From positions 31,876 to 95,875 of the forward strand of contig JBGVFH010000072.1 of the NCBI GenBank assembly GCA_045120955.1: a stretch of 64,000 nt of DNA, written 5' to 3'. Both the position numbers and the translations under genes were made by a program. Position 1 is the first letter of the stretch. The number at the start of each line of letters is the position of its first letter. The stretch is from Eubacteriales bacterium (GTDB taxonomy: Bacteria > Bacillota > Clostridia > Oscillospirales > CAG-272). Below the pieces are notes generated by a model, which saw only the letters and a list, made by a program, of their open reading frames with translations, was not told the DNA's origin and did not search any database. Shown here piece after piece: positions 7,924 to 17,970 of this stretch.

Positions 7924-10350
7924 ATGAAGATCACAGAATATATAAAAGAACACATACTATATCTCGACGGAGGAATGGGGACTCTGCTTCAGGCACAGGG
8001 ACTTGGTGTTGGGGAGCTTCCCGAGAGGTGGAACGTCACTCACCCCGAGCTTATACAAAAGATACACCGTGACTATTTTGACTGCGGCTCAAACGTGGTA
8101 AACGCCAACACCTTCGGCGCAAATATACTGAAATTTTCACACGATGAGCTTGAACAGATAATCGCTGCGGCGATAAAAAATGCGCAAGAGGCAAGAGAGC
8201 AGAGCCGCACCGAGCACCCGAAATGGGTAGCACTCGATATCGGCCCGACGGGCAGAATGCTCGCTCCCTTGGGGGACTTTGATTTTGAAGAAGCGGTAGC
8301 CGTCTTTTCCGAAACGGTCAGGCTCGGCGTAAAATACGGAGCAGACCTTATATTTATCGAAACGATGAATGACAGCTACGAGACAAAAGCTGCCCTGCTC
8401 GCCGCCAAAGAGTGCTGTGAGCTGCCTGTGTTTGTGTCAAACGCCTACGGCGAGGACGGAAAGCTGATGACGGGTGCCGACCCTGCCGCTATGGTTGCGA
8501 TGCTGGAGGGCATGGGAGCCGACGCTGTCGGTGTTAATTGTTCTCTCGGACCGAAGGCTCTGTCTGCGGTCGTCTCGGAATATCTTGAGTGCGCCTCCGT
8601 ACCCGTATTTTTTAAGCCGAACGCAGGACTGCCGAAGGCAGTCGGCAAAAAGACCGTTTATGACGTATTGCCGCAGGAATTTGCGCAGGACGTCAGCTCG
8701 CTTGTAAAGCGGGGAGTCAGAGCGGCAGGCGGCTGCTGCGGAACGACACCCGAATACATTTCGGCTCTGGTCAAGAGCTGTGAAGGCATCCTCCCCGTTG
8801 CCTTAAGCAAGAAAAGCATCAGCTGTGTCAGCTCCTACACGCACGCAGTCGTGTTCGGTGACACTCCGATACTCATCGGCGAGCGTATAAATCCCACGGG
8901 TAAAAAACGCTTTAAAGAAGCGTTGAAGGCTAATGATATTGACTATATATTAAAGGAAGGTATCGCACAGCAGGAAAAGGGCGTTCATATACTCGATGTA
9001 AATGTGGGACTGCCCGATATAGACGAGGTGCAAATGATAAAAACCGCCGTCTGTGAGCTGCAGGCGGTAACAGACCTGCCTCTGCAGATAGACACCTCGA
9101 ACACGCAGGCTATGGAGGCGGCGCTTCGCCGTTACAACGGAAAGGCAATGATAAATTCCGTCAACGGCAAAAAGGAAAGCATGGAGGCGGTATTCCCCCT
9201 TGCAAAAAAATACGGCGGACTTATAGTTGCGCTTACGCTTGACGAGAGCGGCATCCCCGAAAAAGCCGAGGACAGACTGCGTATAGCAAAAAATATCTTG
9301 GCAGAGGCAGAGAAATACGGAATAGATAAAAAGGATATCATCTTTGACCCGTTGGCTCTGACGATAAGCTCCGATAACCGTTCTGCCGCAGAAACTCTGC
9401 GTGCCGTGAGCCTGATAAGCGGAGAGCTCGGCGCAAAGACGTCGCTCGGAGTATCAAACGTCTCCTTCGGCTTGCCCATGAGAGATATCATCAACAGCGC
9501 ATTTTTTGCTCTTGCGCTCGACAGAGGGCTGTCGGCGGCTATCATCAATCCGTACTCTTCGGATATGATGAAGGCATATCATGCGCATCTCGCTCTGTCG
9601 GGGAAGGACGAAAACTGCTCGGGATATATTGCATTTACCGAGACTCTGCCCGTGACCGTAAATGCCGCACCGCCGACAGAAGCAAAGGCACAGACATCCG
9701 GCGAGCAATACAGCTCGGAGCTTCAGAGAGCCGTTGTGAAGGGGCTCAGAGAACAGGCGGCACAGCTGACGGCACAGCTGATAAAGACCACAGAGCCGCT
9801 TGCGATAGTGTCAGAGCAGATAATCCCCGCACTCAACACGGTGGGGGTCGGATTTGAGAAAAAGACGGTATATCTGCCGCAGCTGCTCATGAGCGCAGAA
9901 GCGGCAAAGGCGGCTTTTGAAGTGATAAAGGCAAATATGTCGGGCTCTAGTGCCGCAGACAAGTGCCGTTTCGTGATAGCAACCGTCAAGGGAGATATCC
10001 ACGATATAGGTAAAAATATCGTAAAGCTGCTGCTCGAAAATTACGGCTTTGCCGTGAGCGACCTCGGGCGTGACGTGCCGCCCGAGAGGATATCGGAGGA
10101 GGTAGTCAGACTCGGTGCTCCGATAGCGGGACTCAGTGCGCTTATGACAACAACTGTCCCCGCAATGGAAGAAACGATAAAGCTGCTGAGGAAAAATGCC
10201 CCGTGGTGCAAAATAGTCGTAGGAGGGGCTGTACTCAATGCGGAATATGCCGAGGCGATAGGCGCCGATATGTACGCCCGTGACGCTATGGAGACCGTGC
10301 GCTATGCCGAACAAATAAACGGAAGCCTCACAAAACAGCAAAACGGCTAA
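7924..10350 (+). CDS. metH: Methionine synthase (homocysteine-binding, pterin-binding and B12-binding modules; no activation domain)
   Basis: 808 aa. N-terminal Hcy S-methyltransferase module (GGCCGTTPEYI), a pterin-binding module, and the B12 motif GDIHDIGKNIV. Confidence 0.9.
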   Translation: MKITEYIKEHILYLDGGMGTLLQAQGLGVGELPERWNVTHPELIQKIHRDYFDCGSNVVNANTFGANILKFSHDELEQIIAAAIKNAQEAREQSRTEHPKWVALDIGPTGRMLAPLGDFDFEEAVAVFSETVRLGVKYGADLIFIETMNDSYETKAALLAAKECCELPVFVSNAYGEDGKLMTGADPAAMVAMLEGMGADAVGVNCSLGPKALSAVVSEYLECASVPVFFKPNAGLPKAVGKKTVYDVLPQEFAQDVSSLVKRGVRAAGGCCGTTPEYISALVKSCEGILPVALSKKSISCVSSYTHAVVFGDTPILIGERINPTGKKRFKEALKANDIDYILKEGIAQQEKGVHILDVNVGLPDIDEVQMIKTAVCELQAVTDLPLQIDTSNTQAMEAALRRYNGKAMINSVNGKKESMEAVFPLAKKYGGLIVALTLDESGIPEKAEDRLRIAKNILAEAEKYGIDKKDIIFDPLALTISSDNRSAAETLRAVSLISGELGAKTSLGVSNVSFGLPMRDIINSAFFALALDRGLSAAIINPYSSDMMKAYHAHLALSGKDENCSGYIAFTETLPVTVNAAPPTEAKAQTSGEQYSSELQRAVVKGLREQAAQLTAQLIKTTEPLAIVSEQIIPALNTVGVGFEKKTVYLPQLLMSAEAAKAAFEVIKANMSGSSAADKCRFVIATVKGDIHDIGKNIVKLLLENYGFAVSDLGRDVPPERISEEVVRLGAPIAGLSALMTTTVPAMEETIKLLRKNAPWCKIVVGGAVLNAEYAEAIGADMYARDAMETVRYAEQINGSLTKQQNG

Positions 10351-10384
10351 ACATCTGTTTTTGTTTTCAACATTATAATAAAAG

Positions 10385-10432
10385 AAAAGCACAGAGTGCA
10401 AGCCGACAAGCTTGCACTCTGTGCTTTTGCTT
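10385..10432. terminator. Bidirectional terminator between metH and the AraC gene
   Basis: AAAAGCACAGAGTGCAAGC-loop-GCTTGCACTCTGTGCTTTT. Confidence 0.75.
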
Positions 10433-10473
10433 TTCTGAAGTATTGCTTTTCTCCCGCCCGTGGGTGTACGGAG

Positions 10474-11337
10474 CTATCCTCTGGATTTGAAGTGAGTAGG
10501 AGAGAAGCCGTATATTTTTTTAAAAGACTGCGAAAAATGCTTTATTGATTTAAAGCCGACCGCTTTTGCTATCTCTGTGATAGACATATCCGTAGTTTGT
10601 ATAAGCTCAAGCGCATGGAGCACACGAACGCTGATGACATACTGATGAAGCGACTGCCCGATGCTGTTGAGCATGGAGCGGTTTATATAGTTCGGATGAT
10701 AGTTGAACTCAGCACCGATAGATGTATTGTTGATGTCTTTGGCATAATTTTTTTGTATGTATTCGATAACACCCGTGACAAGACGGGAGGTGTTGACGCT
10801 GCTTTTTTCGGTTATGAGGTTTCGGTATATCTTTACGAGAATGACGCTCATCATCGAGCTGAGCATCATCACATAATTGTGCTGAGGATTGATAAATTCT
10901 TTGTCGATCGCAATAAAGTCTGTCTCCACCGAGCGCATATCCTCTGAGTATATGAGCGAATTGAACTCGTCGGCGTTTTCAAAGTGCACGTTCTCTATCC
11001 TCATATCCTCGTTGTACTTTTTTGCTTCTATCATCGGTATCGCAAGAGAATAATCCTTTGCGCTCATCGTATAGTCAAAGTTGATGACAATGGCACTGAA
11101 GCCCGTGCCTACTGCCTTGAGCGAATAGGTACAGTCGGGAGTCCAAATGAAAAGCGAGCCGCGGGATGCTGTAAATATCCGCTCGTTTATGCGTATCTGA
11201 GCCTTTCCGTCAAACAAGTACAAAAGTCTGTTGTCATATGCACGCAAATCGTTTGCGTCGTAGTCTTCGGAGAAGTGCAAAATTTTTGCATACCTTACAA
11301 AAGGTCGGATATCTTCAAAGTTGATCTTTTGTGCCAT
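10474..11337 (-). CDS. AraC-family transcriptional regulator
   Basis: 287 aa. C-terminal dual HTH (ITEIAKAVGFKSIKHFSQSFKKIYGFSPTHF) with an N-terminal cupin-like domain. Confidence 0.85.
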   Translation of the reverse strand: MAQKINFEDIRPFVRYAKILHFSEDYDANDLRAYDNRLLYLFDGKAQIRINERIFTASRGSLFIWTPDCTYSLKAVGTGFSAIVINFDYTMSAKDYSLAIPMIEAKKYNEDMRIENVHFENADEFNSLIYSEDMRSVETDFIAIDKEFINPQHNYVMMLSSMMSVILVKIYRNLITEKSSVNTSRLVTGVIEYIQKNYAKDINNTSIGAEFNYHPNYINRSMLNSIGQSLHQYVISVRVLHALELIQTTDMSITEIAKAVGFKSIKHFSQSFKKIYGFSPTHFKSRG

Positions 11338-12022
11338 GTTTAATCCCTTCTTTCAAAAATCGGTGTGGATGTTACCTTTTACAGATATTTTAACATATTT
11401 TTGCCCGATTTTCAATCAGCTCGACAGTTTTTGATCTTCACATTTTCTTACAGTTTTTGCAAAAAAATATTTTCAAAAAGCGGCAAAAGTGCGTCCTCTG
11501 CGGCGACAATTCCGTAAAAGTGTTACGATGTCATTATAACATTTTGCGCAAATGATACAAGTTAAAGAAAAAAAGGGGGCGTGCAGATAATTTTGTCTTG
11601 CTTTTTCCTTAAAAAGCTGTTATAATTATACATTTTTCTAAAAAAGCATAAAGATCCGTCGAATTTTTGTCAGTACGGATATTTAAACATATCGGCGGCA
11701 AATGCCGCTCGGCGCAAGCAGAATATCACAGAGAAAAAATATAACCTTGCGTGAGGCGCACATAGCGTGATGCTCGGCTGAGAGTATCACGCTCAGCGCC
11801 GCTGATCTTTTCCTTTCCTTGTTTTGCATACAATAAATATAAAACAAATATTGAGAGCCGTGACGGCATATTTTATATAAATTACATAAAATTTTTTTAT
11901 TTTTACATAATCTTTTGGTGTTTTTAAAAAACGAATGACAAAACAAATATTATGTGTTATGATATCAACAGTAAAAGCGAAAAAAGATATCGCAAAAAGA
12001 TTACATATGAAAAGGAGAGAAT

Positions 12023-15000
12023 ATGAAAAAAGTAAAAATACTTATTGCGGCAGTGCTGGCGTTACTGTCGGTGACGGTTTGCGCATTGCTTGTCAGCGCA
12101 GCACCCGACACCGTGTATGTCAGCTCTACGGGCTCGGACACCAACAACGGTGAGAGCAAGGATACGGCTGTGCAGACCTTCGGCAGGGCGTTTGAGCTGA
12201 TGCCGTCAGGAGGAAAGATAGTGCTTTGCGGCTCATCCTATAAGGTAGACAAGGATTTTTCCATGCCTGCCTCGGACGGAAAGTACACGCTTACCTCAGA
12301 GATGAGCGGAGCATTTGCGTACTCAGGTGCGCTTGAGCTCAATTCCGACTTTGTTATAGAAAATATAAAGCTGTCGGGCTCCTCCACCCCTATGATCGTT
12401 TGCAACGGTCATAACGTCAAGTTCGGCAAGGGTATCGTCAATGCGACAAACAGCTATATTGTCGGCGGTGCGAACCTTGTTGAGGGAGACAGCGCCGAAA
12501 AGGGAAATTTCAGCGAGGATTATACGATAGAGATAAACAGCGGCAGATGGGTATCCTTCTTCGGCGGAAACCGCAGAGCATCGGGTACCTCTCCCACAAG
12601 CACCATCAGCGCAAACATCACGGTAATAGTTGACGGCGCTACCATGAAAAAAACAGGTGCTCTCGGTACCGAGAACCATTGTAACATTTCAGGTATGAAC
12701 GGTACAACGGGAGATCTCACTCTTGAGATAAAGAGCGGCGAGATATGGGGCAGTATTTATGCCATCGGCCGTTTGGGCACAGGAGCGAGCAAGAGCGTAT
12801 ACAGCGGAAATATCAGCATAAAGATCAGCGGCGGTACGTTTGAAAACCTTGCTACCGATTCCAACAAATCCAAGGGCAACGGACTGATCGATGTATGTCA
12901 GGACAACAACTCCGTCTACAACGGAAACTTTGCGCTTTCTATCTCCGATGCGGCACAGATATCGCTGACGGATATAAAAGCATCAGGTGTAGAGGGCAAT
13001 GCCACTCTTGACGTTCCCGCATCCATTATCGGTATATGCAGCGGCTTCAGAAGAGATGTATATGTAGCAGGCAGTGCGGGCAGCGACAACAACAGCGGAA
13101 CATCAACGACAGATGCTTACGCTACGCTTGAAAAGGCGGTATCGGTCATAGCTGAGAGCGGCGGAAGCATCATTGTGTGCGCCGATACGGAAATGAGCAC
13201 GGACGCTGTGCTTGCAGCATCCGAAAAGGATATACTTATAACAAGCGTTCATAAAAACGAAAATTACAAAAACAGTGCAAAGCTGACAATAAAATCGGCT
13301 GTGCAGATATCGAGCAACGTTACATTTGATAACATAACCGTAAACGGCGAGGGTACGCTTTACGCAGGCGGTCATACGCTCACGATGAGCAGTACCGTCG
13401 AGACAGACGGAAAGCTCAATATCTCTGCATCGGCTGTCAACGGCGAAAGTTCAAGCGGCGGTCAGGCGGTGCTTGAGGGCGGTGCTTATAACGTTGCGAG
13501 CGCAGGAAGCGTCAACGGCAAGGGTGCGGCGAGCGTAACAAATACCATCGTATCCGTTGAGGGCGCACAGGTAAAAGTACTCACTGTCAGCGGAGGAAAC
13601 GACATCAGCGGTTCTTCTGTCGTGTCTATCCTCTCGGGTAAGGTAGTTGAGGGTATATACGGTATATACGGTACGGATACAGCCAAGGTCAGCGGTACGG
13701 CTTCGGTCGAGATCGCAGGCGGTACGATAAGCGGCAAGGTAAACGCACTTGCAGACGGTGTTTCATCGACCGCTCCCGGAACATACTCACTTACCCTTAT
13801 CGGCGGAGATGTGAGTGCGGTTGAAAAGATCTCGGGTGCGGGCTTTACAACTTCTGTCGGAAAGGCAAAGGAAGAGATACTGTCAAAGCTTGAAAACTTC
13901 GGCACTCTTACTCAGGAGATAGTCATTTATGTAAAGGATGAGGGCGCAGGCAGCAAGGACGGAAGCACTCCCGATAATGCTGTTGCATCCATAGGCGATG
14001 CTATAGGGCTTCTCGCAGGCAAAGACGGAACCGTAGTTATCTGCGGAAAGGCAACGGTAGGTGAATTTACCGAGCCTGCACATAAGGAAAGCAGAATAAA
14101 GATCACGTCAAGATATGCGGGTGTTGACTACAGAAGAAGCGCAGGCGCAAAGCTCGTGCTTGACAGCAAATATACCGCAGGCGGAGAGGTCAGCTTTGAC
14201 GACATCGTGATATCCGTTGACGGAAGCACAAAGATATTCTTTGCGGACGGCAATTCCATGAGCTTCGGCGAGGGAGTTTCATGTATCATAGAGGGTGACG
14301 GCGGAAGCTATCCTTACATTTTCGGCGGATCAAACGGCGTCGGCTATACGCTCGATTCTGCTTGCGTGACCGTCAGCGGCGGTACATGGCAGAGAGTTGT
14401 CGGCGGTAACAGAAATGCATCTTCTTATGTAAGAGGAGATATCAAGGTACAGATAAACGGCGGTAATATCATAGAGTATGTTGCAGGAAGCGGCAACGGA
14501 AGCATCAAGGGCAACATAACCATGGAGATAAACGGCGGCAGCTTTGGCTACGGTGTCTTCGCTATCAGCTGCTCGGCGGAGGATTATACCACGGTCGAGG
14601 GTGATATCGACGTTTACATAAACGGCGGAACGATCAATGGAAAGATAAACGCATCCCGCTATGACGAATATTGCGGCTTTACCGGTACATATATGGTATA
14701 TCTCAACGGCGGAAGCTATGACAGCGTTACCGATATAAAGGGAGCTGCAGGTATTTCGGGCAACTCTGTATCCGAGAGAGTATACGGTGCGAGTGTCAGC
14801 TACTCTGATGATGTTATCGGAACTATCGAGATAGACAACCCCATATGTGCAGGTGCTGACCCGTGGGTAATATATCATGAGGGTTATTACTACATGGCAC
14901 TCGTAGACGGAGCGAGCGTCGTTATATCAAAGGCAATGAACCTTGCTGAGCTTGGCAAGGCTGAGGCAGTAGCTGTATGGACTCCTACAGAAGCAACAGG

Positions 15001-16141
15001 ACTTTCCAACTCTATATGGTCGCCTGAGCTTCACTATTTCTCAGAGGAGGATTTCGGAGCTGAGCACGCAGGCTGGTATCTCTATGTTGCGTGCCTGCCC
15101 TACGGTTCAAACTCCGATACAGACGGCGGACTTCGCCGTTGCTATGCGCTCAAAGCGCTCACAGATGATCCGCAGGGTGCCTACGGCTCTCCTGTTGACG
15201 GCGAGCGTGATATGGCAGTTCAGATACAGATGGATGCTGATAACAGCAACTGGAATATCGGACCGTCAATCATTCGTATAAACGGCATAATCTACATGAC
15301 ATGGACGGGCAGAGAGTTTGAGGAAGGCGTAGTTCACAGACAGAACCTTTCGATAGCTGAATTGGCAAATCCCTATAGCATAAAGCTTGATACAGCGGCA
15401 GCTATATGCTGGCCCACCGAAACATGGGAAAAGTACGGTGCAACATACGGACCGGGTACATTGTACCCCGAGGTCGTCGAGGGTGCAACTGCCGTATACG
15501 GCAAAAACGGAGAGATATATATAGTTTATTCGGCATCGGGATATTGGACGGATAATTATGCTCTCGCTCAGCTCAAATATCTCGGAGGCGACCCCACTGA
15601 TATAAACAACTGGGAAAAATGCGCATCTCCTATATTCAGCCAGAACAATAATGTTTTCGGACCCGGACATGCATCATACGTACAGAGTCCGGACGGCACG
15701 ACCAACTACTTTGTATATCACGGCTATCAGACCTCAGGCAAGATAGGCGGAAGATATGTATATATCGAGGAATATACGGTTGATGAGAGCGGCGTGCATC
15801 TCGGCACAGGCAAGCCTGCTGACCCAAATGTAACGATAACCGCAAACAAAAATCCGCTTGCTTTGGCGTTCAAGGTCTCGAATTTCGGTCAGTCCGCAAA
15901 GAATGACAGCTCTGCGGGAGCTGATACGGGTGCATCGACTTCTGCCGATACAACGGCAAATGCAGGTAACGACGGCGGCAGCATGAATACAACGGTAGTC
16001 ATAGTCGTATGTATTGCGGTTGCGCTTGCAGTTGCGGCAGCTGTAGTTGCGGTAGTGATTAAAAAGAAGAAAAAGTCAGTCGAGCCGGCAACAGACGGCA
16101 AAACAGAAGAAAAAGTTGCTGACACTAATGACAAAAATTAA
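12023..16141 (+). CDS. Large cell-surface protein: N-terminal Gly-rich repetitive region plus GH43-like glycoside hydrolase domain and C-terminal membrane anchor
   Basis: 1372 aa with a signal peptide. GH43-like segments GADPWVIYHEGYYYM, WSPELHYF and GPGHASY near residues 940-1290. C-terminal TM helix followed by KKKKK. Confidence 0.7.
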   Translation: MKKVKILIAAVLALLSVTVCALLVSAAPDTVYVSSTGSDTNNGESKDTAVQTFGRAFELMPSGGKIVLCGSSYKVDKDFSMPASDGKYTLTSEMSGAFAYSGALELNSDFVIENIKLSGSSTPMIVCNGHNVKFGKGIVNATNSYIVGGANLVEGDSAEKGNFSEDYTIEINSGRWVSFFGGNRRASGTSPTSTISANITVIVDGATMKKTGALGTENHCNISGMNGTTGDLTLEIKSGEIWGSIYAIGRLGTGASKSVYSGNISIKISGGTFENLATDSNKSKGNGLIDVCQDNNSVYNGNFALSISDAAQISLTDIKASGVEGNATLDVPASIIGICSGFRRDVYVAGSAGSDNNSGTSTTDAYATLEKAVSVIAESGGSIIVCADTEMSTDAVLAASEKDILITSVHKNENYKNSAKLTIKSAVQISSNVTFDNITVNGEGTLYAGGHTLTMSSTVETDGKLNISASAVNGESSSGGQAVLEGGAYNVASAGSVNGKGAASVTNTIVSVEGAQVKVLTVSGGNDISGSSVVSILSGKVVEGIYGIYGTDTAKVSGTASVEIAGGTISGKVNALADGVSSTAPGTYSLTLIGGDVSAVEKISGAGFTTSVGKAKEEILSKLENFGTLTQEIVIYVKDEGAGSKDGSTPDNAVASIGDAIGLLAGKDGTVVICGKATVGEFTEPAHKESRIKITSRYAGVDYRRSAGAKLVLDSKYTAGGEVSFDDIVISVDGSTKIFFADGNSMSFGEGVSCIIEGDGGSYPYIFGGSNGVGYTLDSACVTVSGGTWQRVVGGNRNASSYVRGDIKVQINGGNIIEYVAGSGNGSIKGNITMEINGGSFGYGVFAISCSAEDYTTVEGDIDVYINGGTINGKINASRYDEYCGFTGTYMVYLNGGSYDSVTDIKGAAGISGNSVSERVYGASVSYSDDVIGTIEIDNPICAGADPWVIYHEGYYYMALVDGASVVISKAMNLAELGKAEAVAVWTPTEATGLSNSIWSPELHYFSEEDFGAEHAGWYLYVACLPYGSNSDTDGGLRRCYALKALTDDPQGAYGSPVDGERDMAVQIQMDADNSNWNIGPSIIRINGIIYMTWTGREFEEGVVHRQNLSIAELANPYSIKLDTAAAICWPTETWEKYGATYGPGTLYPEVVEGATAVYGKNGEIYIVYSASGYWTDNYALAQLKYLGGDPTDINNWEKCASPIFSQNNNVFGPGHASYVQSPDGTTNYFVYHGYQTSGKIGGRYVYIEEYTVDESGVHLGTGKPADPNVTITANKNPLALAFKVSNFGQSAKNDSSAGADTGASTSADTTANAGNDGGSMNTTVVIVVCIAVALAVAAAVVAVVIKKKKKSVEPATDGKTEEKVADTNDKN

Positions 16142-16162
16142 AAACGTGACCCAATGAAAGAA

Positions 16163-16210
16163 ATGCCCCTGTATTATGAGCTGTGCTCATAATACAGGGG
16201 CATTATTTGT
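16163..16210 (+). terminator. Intrinsic terminator of the GH43 gene
   Basis: ATGCCCCTGTATTATGAGC-TGT-GCTCATAATACAGGGGCAT followed by TATTT. Confidence 0.7.
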
Positions 16211-16272
16211 CTTTACGGGAGCGTAAAAATGCAAAAAACGCTCTTGTAATAATAAAAAAACGCAAAAAGGTA

Positions 16273-16301
16273 TTGCAAAGTAAAAAAGTATGTGGTATAA
16301 T
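16273..16301 (+). promoter_or_regulatory. Promoter of tRNA-Trp
   Basis: TTGCAA-17 nt-TATAAT with TGG immediately upstream of the -10; 25 nt before the tRNA 5-prime end. Confidence 0.5.
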
Positions 16302-16325
16302 ATGTTGGTCACAAAGTGGACATAC

Positions 16326-16401
16326 AGGGGTATAGCTCAGTTGGTAGAGTACTGGTCTCCAAAACCATGGGTCGTGGGTTCAAGTCCTTCTGCCCCTGCC
16401 A
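16326..16401 (+). tRNA. tRNA-Trp (anticodon CCA), CCA-encoded
   Basis: Hand-folded cloverleaf. Acceptor stem AGGGGTA/TGCCCCT, anticodon loop CTCCAAA, T-loop GGTTCAAGTCC. Very close to the Bacillus tRNA-Trp as I remember it. Confidence 0.9.
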
Positions 16402-16432
16402 AAAAATCCAAGTCGAAAGACTTGGATTTTTT
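16402..16432 (+). terminator. Terminator after tRNA-Trp
   Basis: ATCCAAGTC-GAAA-GACTTGGAT followed by TTTTTT. Confidence 0.75.
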
Positions 16433-16640
16433 CATTTGTGTCCGCAGGACACAACATCATTTGCGTGCTTGCACGCAACATCATTTGAGCGTCAGTTCAA
16501 CATCATTCCGCCGCAAGGCGGACACAAATGAACGAGGTTGCACTTCGTGCAAATGATGTGCTTCGCAATGATGTGGGCTTTGCCCAATGAAGTTGCGCTT
16601 CGCGCAAACGGAATGAAACCGTTTGCTTGGTGCGCTGAAA
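16431..16640. repeat. Palindromic mini-hairpin array 1
   Basis: AACATCATT at 16453, 16477 and 16499. Its complement AATGATG(T) or AATGAA at 16525, 16551, 16567, 16586 and 16611. The copies are interleaved with GC-rich hairpins (TGTGTCC-GCA-GGACACA, CCGCC-GCAA-GGCGG, TTGCAC-TTC-GTGCAA). Confidence 0.8.
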
Positions 16641-16698
16641 TATAGCTGCTTTTTGACCGAAAGTGTGATATAATAATTTCAAGAAAGGCGGTGATATC

Positions 16699-17058
16699 GT
16701 GAGAGAAGATAAGCTCAGTAATCTTTCAATGGAGTTATCCGTTGATGTTCTGCAATTAACAAAAGAACTTCGCGCAAAACACGAAAACGTGATCTCCAAT
16801 CAAATCGGAAGAAGTGCAACAAGTATTTGCGCTAACATCGCCGAAAGCAAATACGCTCACGGTCGTGCTGACTTTATTGCAAAGCTTGAGATATCGCTCA
16901 AAGAAACCAACGAAACAAGCAAATGGCTTGAAATGCTCCTGAAAAGTGAGTATATTGATGAAGCAAGATATAAAGCACTTGACCGCAAATGTTCAACAAT
17001 TAGATTTTTGCTAGTAAAGTCGATTACGACTGCGAAAAAGAATCTCTCAGAAAAATAA
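16699..17058 (+). CDS. Four-helix-bundle protein (23S rRNA intervening-sequence / Avd-like family)
   Basis: 119 aa. Segments NQIGRSATSICANIAES...FIAKLEISLKETNETSKWLEML are typical of the TIGR02436-type family. GTG start. Confidence 0.75.
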   Translation: MREDKLSNLSMELSVDVLQLTKELRAKHENVISNQIGRSATSICANIAESKYAHGRADFIAKLEISLKETNETSKWLEMLLKSEYIDEARYKALDRKCSTIRFLLVKSITTAKKNLSEK

Positions 17059-17069
17059 AAAGGTAAAAA

Positions 17070-17771
17070 ATGACTGACTTATTTATTCAAGGAATTCGTA
17101 TCAACTGGGATACGGTTGATAAACATTCCTATTTACACAAAATTGATTCGATTAATAGTTTTTCAGAGTTATTATTTGAGAAAAACATAACATTCTTTGT
17201 TGGTGAAAATGGTTCGGGAAAATCAACGTTGTTGGAAGCAATTGCAGTTGCTTTTGGATTCAATTCTGAAGGTGGTACTATAAATTATCATTTTAGTACA
17301 TTTGACGACGTTTCATCATTAAGCAATTCTGTTACATTAATCAAAGGCTATCGACGTCCAAAAATCGGATACTTTTTCCGCGCTGAAACTTTTTTCAATG
17401 TTGCAACTGTTGGAATGATGGAGTATATGGGGAACAATTATCACAACAAATCGCACGGTGAAAGTTTTTTATCATACATTCAAGGTTTTGATAAAACAGG
17501 TCTCTACATAATAGACGAACCAGAAGCGGCTTTATCTCCTCAAAGACAGCTAACATTATTGCGTCATATATACAAGTCAGCACAAAAAGGTTCACAGTTT
17601 ATCATAGCTACACATTCGCCTATTATTCTTGGATGCCCCGATGCTTCAATACTGTCATTTGATGATGGAAAAATTTCAGCATGTCAGTATGAAGATACTT
17701 TAAGTTACCAAATAACAAATCAATTTCTGCGCAGAAAGGATACTATGTTAAGAGAACTGTTAGATGACTAA
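17070..17771 (+). CDS. Small ABC-type/AAA ATPase (COG3910-like)
   Basis: 233 aa. Walker A GENGSGKST, Walker B LYIIDEPEAALS, H-loop ATHSP. No transmembrane or partner domain. Confidence 0.75.
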   Translation: MTDLFIQGIRINWDTVDKHSYLHKIDSINSFSELLFEKNITFFVGENGSGKSTLLEAIAVAFGFNSEGGTINYHFSTFDDVSSLSNSVTLIKGYRRPKIGYFFRAETFFNVATVGMMEYMGNNYHNKSHGESFLSYIQGFDKTGLYIIDEPEAALSPQRQLTLLRHIYKSAQKGSQFIIATHSPIILGCPDASILSFDDGKISACQYEDTLSYQITNQFLRRKDTMLRELLDD

Positions 17772-17936
17772 GTTAAAATACATAGATCTTGTTTGCAAGT
17801 ATGGAGCAGCACCCCGGAAGATAGCGGTCGCGTGCATCTCCCATCATCGCCAAGGGATAAGTCTACCCACCGACCGAAAACCACGGATCGATTTCGAAAA
17901 AACTTGCTCTGCGGATCGATTTTGAAAGGGTGTGCC

Positions 17937-17970
17937 AAAAATCGACAGGTTTCGACCTGTCGATTTTTTA
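17937..17970 (+). terminator. Terminator of the islet operon
   Basis: ATCGACAGGT-TTCG-ACCTGTCGAT followed by TTTTTT. Confidence 0.75.

Noticed and set aside
16699-17058. Diversity-generating retroelement, suggested by the Avd-like four-helix-bundle protein
   Set aside because: No reverse transcriptase ORF and no template/variable repeat pair lie within or near the islet. The neighbouring gene is an ATPase.
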